A stretch of 64,000 nucleotides of DNA, taken from the NCBI GenBank assembly GCA_964057225.1, contig OZ059894.1:13950001-14014000 (forward strand), in the 5' to 3' direction. A program made the position numbers and the translations under genes. The DNA comes from Auanema rhodensis (taxonomy: Eukaryota > Animalia > Nematoda). Below, in pieces: positions 55,001 through 64,000 of this stretch. The notes under the pieces were generated by a model that saw nothing but the letters and a program-made list of their open reading frames with translations, did no database searches and was not told the origin of the DNA. How positions within the stretch are numbered: position 1 is the first letter of the stretch; every line of letters begins with the position of its first letter.

Positions 55001-58000
55001 AAAAAGAAAGCAACGTTCATAACAACTTTTCGAGCGGCTCAAATGGTTAGTAGTCTTTGTATAAATCACAGGGGCTCGAGATATATAATGCATAAAGAGC
55101 ACATGCTGTTGTCCTCTTATTGAACCCGCGGCACTACTCCACAAGTCTGCTGTTCTACCTCATTCTCTCGTTAGTCATACGGAATATATCTGTTTTATCC
55201 GTTTTCAGTTCATTCCATTTCATCTAAGAACAGATGAAAGAAAGTAAATGGAGAAGGTAGCAAATTGAAATATAAAGAAAAGAGAGGAAGAGACGAATCG
55301 AGAGGGAAAGAGGAAACCTAACATACAGAAGGCATAGAAACAAATAATGAAAAGGGCAAGTGAGAAAGGAACACAAGAGAATTGCATGGACGACCGGAGC
55401 TGTACAACCGCCACAACAAATCGGAAAGAGATTGAATAGCCAAGAACGGGAGAGAAACGAGATAAAGAAGATGTCGAATGCTGAGGTCGCAGTGCTGCTG
55501 CTACTGCTGCTTGAGTATGAAGAAGGACAGCTGTTGAATCAAAGACAGATCGATCAAGAAGGCCATTTATGGTAAGAGAGAAAGAAATCTGGCTTAGTGG
55601 ATGGGTGAAGATGAAACACAGGAAAAAGGAGAATAACGAGAAAAAGTGTTGATGGCTTATAAGAGGAAGAGACTTCATAAGCACTGAATGAGGCTTGTTG
55701 GTCTAAGGACAAGGAAATATTGAAAATTCTGAAGCTGGAACGCCTATATATCTGAATCACTAAGAAAATGGCCTTTTAGGACTTTCATGAAAGATCTATG
55801 AGAGTTTTGAGAAGATTACAAGTAATTCATGAAACAACATTATTAAAAGTATTACTATCCTTCTAAACGGAACAGAAACATAAAAACCTAATGAACGAAT
55901 ATGAACTACTACGACAGGGTGGAAAAATAAATGTGACAAGTTATGAAAAACTGAGATAGAGAAATTGAATCAGTAAAATCAAATGGGAAAACGAAATGAT
56001 GAGATGAAACAGTATCCAAAATAACTGGAACCCAATAAGGTGTTGTGGTAGTAAACAAAGCTGGGAAATAGAAAAAATAAACCTCAATTCGTCATCTTAA
56101 AGCTAGAATAGAAGCCAGTATGAATAAGAGTTTTAGAAGGAAATGAATAAAAACAAGAGAGAAGGGATGAGCTGAGAAAAATGGCCATCAGATTCTGAGT
56201 GAACCAACTACAGCATAGTGAGTCAGATTTCCTGGAGGACTTATATCTAACAAAATATTCGTAAGTAAATAAAAGTTTGCAAATATATACATATGTATGA
56301 GGTTGAATGCTGAATCTGAACAAATCTGAACAACGCTACGACTAAAATGCGGGATAAATATGAAGAAAATAAGCGTTGGTAAAGATAAGTTATAGGTATT
56401 AAAACATATTAAATGCAAACAAACAATATCTATGCATAGATTCATATGTTCATATGAATACATGTACTCATATATGCATTTAAAACAAAAAAAATGAAAA
56501 AGAAAAAGAAAAAGATATTGGTATTAATATTAGCGGAGCATGACCAACCGGGTTGCGACATTTGCAGTGTAACAATGAAGTTCAAATAAAATGCGGTTGG
56601 TTTAGTTTACCATGCCTAATTTGCATATAACAAAACATTTTGAATTTATTTTTATAATAAATAATTCAAACATTGGTCGAATGTTTTAAAATATATTTTG
56701 GGATTTGTTAGAAATGAAGTAAATTCTTGATAAGTGGAGTAGCACGTTTTAAACTAAATGCATTGTTTCTATATGACGAAAGAACGACGAACGATGATAA
56801 AGGAATGAAGAAAGTGCTTCTTGTCTCTCTAATGACTATGATGACAACAACGAAAAGAAAGAAAGAGTTGAAGAAGATGTGAAAGGAGGAGATGAGAACA
56901 GTAGTAGAAAGAGAGTTCGATAAACTGCTGAATGAGGTAGGATAGATATCGTTCTCTACTAAATTGTCAAGTGGCGTTGACCCACAACATATACACAAAG
57001 CCATCAAAAGGAAAGATGAGAATAAACTAGTGATATATAGAGAGAAAATAAGAGTGCAAGATAGAAAGAAATAGTTAGAGTATATACTGAAAATGATAAT
57101 GAGAAGAGAGACAAACTCATTGAGCTTATATAAGCTAACAAAGAGCACAAGTTGATAGAAAAATTGAATAAAAAATGTGTGAAAGTTACAAGGGACAGAT
57201 ACATTTATGAGCTGCAGAATGGTTAGACCATAGGTCATATATTCAATAATTTTTCACATCATCCATGCATATACATAAGAATATTGGATCTTAGAGTTTA
57301 CTCGTTCTTATACTCCGAAAGGCATATCATTCGCAGCATAACGTAATACAAATAAATCAAATTGACAACTCTCTAGCTTATATTCAAAAGTTTAGCTGAA
57401 ATATAGTATGTCATATAATATGTAGACTTATAACAAGTGGTTGAATAAAGAATATAGTTGTGAGAAAAGAATGAGACAAAAGTATGAACTGAAAAAAATA
57501 GAAATAGAAAGATAAAGAATGTTTGAAAGCGGATCAAGGAATACTGAGAACCTAAAGCAATTGAGTTGCAAAATAGACGACATCGAGGTCCCAAGGGCGA
57601 AGCCGTATTCTTCTATTCGGGACCATAAAATCTCGAACAAGGTTTGCTCCAGAAGTCGCAGAAGACAAGATTAATGAGCATATACTTATGCATAAAGAGT
57701 AGCCATCTCATAGTACATGGTTGGAAAACTCATCATTATCATAGTTGACAGTAAGAAAATATTTGTTTGATAGAAACATTGAAAAAGAACAATTCTTTAT
57801 TTGAGTTGTATCTCCATGAACAAGCACCTACATACATCATGCATACATATATGAAATAGATAATTTAAAACAAAAAGATATTGGATAAGAAAACGATAAT
57901 TTGAAATAAACTAGATTGCAATACTAAAGACAAGAAAAAGAGAAATAAGATCGAAAATTAAGACAAACGTTTCAAGCAGTCATGTGCTCAGGAACTGCCC

Positions 58001-61000
58001 TTTTCGCAAATGATGAAGATATCAAACAGAAAGAAAAAAAAGTATTTAAAGTTTTTTTGTGATATAATAACGGAAAGGTCCACAGAAACAAAATATAAAA
58101 AGTTTAAAAAAATATGAAAAGTAAATATTAAGAAAACAATGATGTTTGAATAGAATTAAGAGAAACAATTCAACCTATTCAGAAAAAATAATAGAATAAA
58201 ATATGAAGAAAGCAGCATGAAAATTGAGTTTTCAACACTTACTATTTCTAAAAAATAATGAAGCTTATTTTTTTCTTCTTGGAGCTAAAGATGAGATATT
58301 AGGGTTTAGCAGAAAAAAAAGAAAAAAAAGAAGAGGTTTAGGCTAGCTCTAGTCGCGTTAAGCAAATACAAAAAGAAGAAACGATTACTGCTGGTCCACT
58401 AAAGCTAGATTATATTTAGGCCATAATATAGGCAGAAGAAAATATAAGAATATTCGATAATCGTTAGTCAAAGAAAATTTTTATAAATATCATTTTAATA
58501 AAACTAATCAAATCTTAAATCATTTGCAATCCTATTCAAAACATATTTAATTGTTTTGAAAAAGAATTCACAAAAAAGAGAAATGAAATAGCACACGATG
58601 TTCGTATAAGGAACACCAAAAGGTCGTTTTCTCTAGTCTGTAAGACAAGTTTGAAGATCAGCTTATCAGCTAAGTACTTCCAATAAAAACGAGAAATTCC
58701 AGAATATTATGGTATGAAAACGGTGAAAGAGAGAAAGAAAGATAGAGATCTAACTATTACTCAATCCATGTTGCTAATATTGGCAAGAAAGTTGTAGGCT
58801 ATGATTTTCTTCGTCGTTGTTAAACAGAATAAACTTTTTTCTTCATGTTTCAATAAAAGTTTCTATAATGGGTATGTGAGATAATAATAATGCAAGATGA
58901 TATTATGATCACAAGAAATGTTCTTAAGACTTTTGATTCAGAAAACTTTCGGCATACACACACATGAAAAGAGAAACTAGGGAGAGAGAGAGAAATGAAG
59001 AAAGAGGGAATCGAATTAAGCCAAAAGGTTTTCAAGAAATGGAAAATGTTCAATTATTCATCTCTAGAGAAGAGAATAACCAGAAACGAAAAGTGAATTT
59101 CAAACCAACTGCTAGAAATAGTTGGTAGATTAAATCAATAATTAGTGATATATTACAGTGATATTACTGTTTTTTTGAAGGGGAACATAACAAGATTATT
59201 GTATAATTGAACTATTATAATATAATATAAGAATACGCAAAGTTTATTTTCCACAACTACATAAAATAGAATATTCTAAGTAGTTAAAAAAGTAAAAGAA
59301 ACAAAAATTTATATTATAGTTATTTTTTAAAATTGTAACATTGTCACAACGATAATACATTGCTAGAACATCTGAGAAATTAGCTAGAACAGCACGACCG
59401 TTGAAAAAATCGCCCGAGGATGAAGAGATTCGTCAGATGAAAAGCCAAACAATCGTTTTGTTTTCATCTTTTTTTCATTGAAGGAAGTGAAAGGATATGT
59501 CTATAAGTTATAAGAGAAAATAAGAAGAAAACGATGTAAGTGAAGACAAAGGTGTAAAAGATCAGAATTTGAATAGGGGAATGCAACCGCTTTTCAGAAA
59601 CAAATGAAATGAAGTGGCAAAGAGGCAGTAGATGAATTCGTACGGGAATTGTTCGTGAATGTGAGAACTGTTTGCACGTGAGAAAAAGGGCAATGTTAGG
59701 AAACATCATTCAAGATATATTTTAGAATTTAACAAAAATTAAAGTTGATCTTTCTCGATTAAAAGTGAATTATCTGTGACATTGATCTCTTCAGGCAGAG
59801 TATCGTTCACTTCAGTTTCCTTATACATATAATTCGAATTCAAACAGTAACAGTCCAGCCAACTACGAGTTTTCCACCTACGTTTAAAACGATTTTGAGG
59901 TCATCACATATAAATTCATGATGTGCTAACTGCAAAAAAGGACAAGCCAAAAGATTGAGTGATGGCGTGACAACTAAAATTTTCCAGAAGGCTAGAGGTC
60001 AATTGTCATGCGATAGACGGTGACGTAGTGTGGTTAAAGCATTACAAATGAAATCAATTCTTTCAGAGGCTTAAGTAATCGGTCAAAAAAAGATTGGGAA
60101 TGATGAGAAAGATGATTATCACAGTTTTCTATGGGATGATAAAGGGATTTAAAGACAACAAATTTTTAAGAATATTGCAAAATGTCTTCAAGATTCAGAC
60201 ATCTGTCCTTCTTTTGTATAACAATTTGTTGTTACGTGTTTGCAACAGTACGAATATGGTAATTACCAAACCAAATATTAGAGTGATGTTGTTCGCTTTT
60301 GGTGCGCGGTTGTTCACTCATTCGTTAGTTCATCCCCCTGATCTCTCCGAGATGCACGACGATGTCGCAGATTGTTGACGCGACGGACTATTGGATTATG
60401 CTAATTAGGAAAGACCTTGTTCGGTAGCTATTGTAGCCTCAGAAGACTTCGCCAGCATTGCATACGATTCAATTAAAGTGTTGCTAAATTGCTTAGACTA
60501 GTGTAGTCTTCGGAGACCGAAAAGTTTCGACGAGCATTGAGTGCTTGACTAAAGGGACAAAGTAAAACTCAAAAGCATAAAGCTAAAAGCAAAAAATGGA
60601 AACCGTCGTTTTCAACTGTTATCTTGGCAAAATTAATTTGAGAGAAATGTGAAGACAAACAGAAAGAAAATTCAAGTTATATAGGATGTTTTTTCTTGAT
60701 TTTTTAAAATACAACAATAAATCAAAGAGAAAAAAGAATAGAATAAAATACACAAAATTCCAGCAATGCAATCTCATTGATGATTATGCATCAACGCTCA
60801 TAGTCAACGAAAATAATTTTATTAATGAAGAATTTGTCATATCGACAATGAGAACAGAGAGAATGAAAGAGAAGAGAGGTTCAACAATCGCGAAAGACAG
60901 TGAAATGGAATGTAACCGCCTCTTAAAGCTGAAAAAGCTTAAATGATTCGTATTAAGGGCATCGGATGTGTAGGTATCAATAGCAATATGTGATCGGTTC

Positions 61001-61598
61001 CCCATTAGAAATGAGAGAAAAACCATGTTGTTAGTGGGTGGAAACGCACATGTTTATAAACATAACAACGTGTTAAATGACTTTTTCAAGTTTATAGCTA
61101 CGGGAAATGTGTTGAGTACAAAGAGAAGAACCATGTAGTAAAATAATAGTTTTAAGAAAAAAAAGGGATCAACATATCTATGAGAATTTCATCATCAAAT
61201 ATGAAAGAGGCAGTGAATACAAATGGTCTCGTCAGTCAAGGGAGGGGTGGGTGCAATGGGCTATTCGAACTTCGTTTAATCTCAGTTTCGTCCTTGGCGG
61301 TCAGAACATTCATCACTATTTAGCGCGGAGTTTCCTGATATACTACTTCTGCCAGGAGAAGCAGATGGAGAACAACAGACTGGAGTAGAGGAGCCCTGTC
61401 TATATTTGGAAGAAAAAGACAAATGTCTTGAAAGAGACGAATTCAGTAGAGTGCAAGGTCAAAAGCGAACAATCATTTCCCGGAAGCCAATACGCCATAA
61501 TAAAAAACTGTCTATATTCAATAAGAAAATTTTATACAAGTTTCGTAAATTAAACAAACAGTTGGTGAAAAATTGTATCATTCATCTGTTCTTAATAA

Positions 61599-63080
61599 TT
61601 AGGTAGGTCTACAATCTCGATAGGTTATAATATACAGAAAAAAAAGAAACAAGTAACAAAATTACTTACTTTCGATAAATAAGATCATAGTGTCCTGGCC
61701 TATACAATAGAGTAATGTCAGGAATTTCTTCTTTATCGGGTGGGAAGTCATAGTGCCAACCACCGTTAGGAGCAGCAGATTGATCCATGTATTCTACCCG
61801 AATAGCCCTTCCTAATTATAAATGTGAAAATTTTGAATATGTTCTATCTTTACCAATAGCATTTACTAGGCCTGTAACAGCTAAGTGATCAGCATCTTTC
61901 CACATGACTTCAATTTCTTGCTGACAATATTCGGCCAGGCTTTTATAAGTTTCATCAATGAATGGCTCGTACTCATCGGCATGTTCTTTCAAATAACCGG
62001 ATGTTATTAATCTTTAAAATAACTATATAAAAAAGACACAAAAAAAAACAAAAAATTACCTCAAGAAAAGAATAAGATAATTGGCATGAGAATCGTCCAA
62101 AAGCTCAGTAAACACTTCTGCAGATGTTTTCTGCTTGTTTTTGATCGGAACAAGCCACTCGTAAAACTGTTTTTAAATTAAATACATGGGAATTTTAAGT
62201 AGCTTACATATTCGCAGAAATCTGCTGTAGTAAAATCTGGGAAGCCAAGATCCACTAACCGTTTTTGCCAACCTTTACAAACACTTTCAAATCTAAAAAA
62301 AACTTCAAGTATCTTTAACAATAAACACAGACCTATGCATTTCTTCGGGATTTTTGTACATAAGTTCTATTTCAGCAGCGAGCACAGCTCGATAAAAACA
62401 GTTTCCATCTCTTCTCATTTGACGGATATCGCAGTAAGTTTCAGCTAAATCCTAAATATACAGAACTAGAATTCAACAAAAAACAGCGGGAGTTTAAAAT
62501 TAGATTGATAAACATTTAGATTCACACAGCTTTGCCTGCATGATTACATTACCAGTTCTTTACTATAATTCGTGAATTCATAAATCTGTTTGATTTACAG
62601 GATATACCAGGATCAATGATAGTCTCACTTATATAGTTTCATCTTCAACGCGTATATTCAAACATATTTCTTATTCTAGCAAAAAAATATACCTTTGCTT
62701 TTGCATGAAATTCTCCGCTTGAATCAGGATCATACTCGATTATGACAGTTTCAAAAGGTAACTTGTCCCCAATCAGAGGATGAGATTTTTGCTAAATATC
62801 AGAAAAACCAGTGTTAAAATTTTTGTATTAGACAAATACCTCATCTTCTATCCTTTTCATTTGTGCATCACTTAACTCATTTTGAAGTTGAAGATCCTCA
62901 TCTATTTTCTTAGCTTCTTCTAAAACGTCAAGTTATTGTCTATCAATAATGTAAACAATTACCTAAAGCATTTGTAGCTGTTGTTTCTTCAGCAGAGTTA
63001 CTTGATGTCGGATGTGCAGATGGAGCAACTTCCGCGGCCTGGGCTCCATCCGAACCTTCAATGCCAGTAATTTCCGTCAT
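61599..63080 (-). CDS. otub-1: Otubain deubiquitinase (peptidase C65)
   Basis: IRQMRRDGNCFYRA, LRLITSGYLK, IRVEYMD, LLYRPGHYDLIY. Ends either YRK* (TAA 61666-61668) or, via a ~60-nt intron, YRKPT* (61599). Confidence 0.93.
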
Positions 63081-64000
63081 TGAATGGGCCCCTTGAGTGA
63101 AAATCTAAATTTCTTATAGAACAGTAAATTGAAACAACAATACTTTGAGTACAAAGTCGGAAAAGTAATTTAAGAAATATGATTTTTTAAATTAAAGAAG
63201 TACGAGCCGTTTCGTAAATTTCATAAACTTCACAAAATTTACGTACAAGATGTTAGCGCCGACGAAAAAATTCATGAATTCCTGCATACTGCCCGAGATG
63301 GTTTTCGCTTAATCGATTTTCTGAGAAACCATTCTGTACAAGCTAGATTGACTTTTTTTTTGAGATAGTTGCGCGAATGAAATCTTTTTCTCTGTGTTTC
63401 AACAATAAAATAATTCAAATGCTACCCTCATGTTAGCCAGTAAATCAAACAATTTCTTACGAAAACTCTCTTACGAAATGAATAGTACAGTTGATAAATT
63501 CATTGTTTGTTTTCCCACTGATGTTTCTTTTTTGTTTTTTTCTCTCCTTTTCAACACTTTGTAATACACATCTTTTCTTATTCAACGTTTTAATCAGCAG
63601 TCATTGTGCGTTCATAGACACTGCTGCCTGATGAAAAGTCCCATACTCATTGATTTCTGTTGGTCTCATATGTGCCAAATCTCAATCATTTTGTACTTTG
63701 CCTGGAAACATAATCGTATTATTGTTGAAGGTTTATTCAAAGTTATTTTGGAATTATTCGAACTTGAATATACTTTACGTTTACAGTTATTTTTATTCTC
63801 AACTGGTTTTCTTTCTATGCTTTCCAATTTGTTCTAGTTCATTTATCTGTCCTTAAGTCATTTCAAGAACGTTCTTTGCTAAACTTGTTCCAGCATATAT
63901 ATTTGAGCTATCTTTTTCTTATTTTTATTCTTATCTTAAAATAGTGAGGTTATCTCTTAATTTGGAAAGCTAGCATAGAAGTAGTCGTACCTTTGACGTA

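Noticed and set aside
54929-59709. Long Phe/Leu/Ser-rich ORFs in the track, such as 55220-55684 and 56708-57238
   Set aside because: Low-complexity translations of T-rich strand skew, with no domain motifs or splice support.
62453-62693. Enlarged otubain intron as a snoRNA host
   Set aside because: No convincing C/D or H/ACA boxes found.

Overview
AT-rich eukaryotic genomic DNA with mostly ~45-60 nt introns, TTTCAG/TTTTAG acceptors and apparent trans-splice sites. It is almost certainly a nematode, probably clade V/Rhabditina; the species cannot be named from sequence alone. Manual exon joining supports about 16 protein-coding genes: an orphan Cys-loop channel with a neuropeptide precursor gene (nlp-64-like, absent from the ORF track) nested antisense in its large intron; a tight minus-strand cluster, probably an operon (nhr, MEA1-like, GTF2F2, QTRT2, COA8); a receptor guanylyl cyclase; an acidic all-Cys RING protein; a membrane-anchored legumain; a ground-like (grl) gene; unc-34/Ena-VASP with alternative first exons; RNase T2; CACYBP; rap-2; and otubain. 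All three tRNA-type elements are intronic: Ile-AAT, Leu-AAG and a decayed Arg-TCT. The least explained feature is a ~265-nt GC-richer, highly structured island ending in an ACA-like box inside a guanylyl-cyclase intron (16665-16931), a candidate unannotated intronic ncRNA. Most of the ORF track over 27-39 kb and 52-61 kb is spurious. Gene models were joined by eye; identities and C. elegans comparisons are from recall, not database searches.
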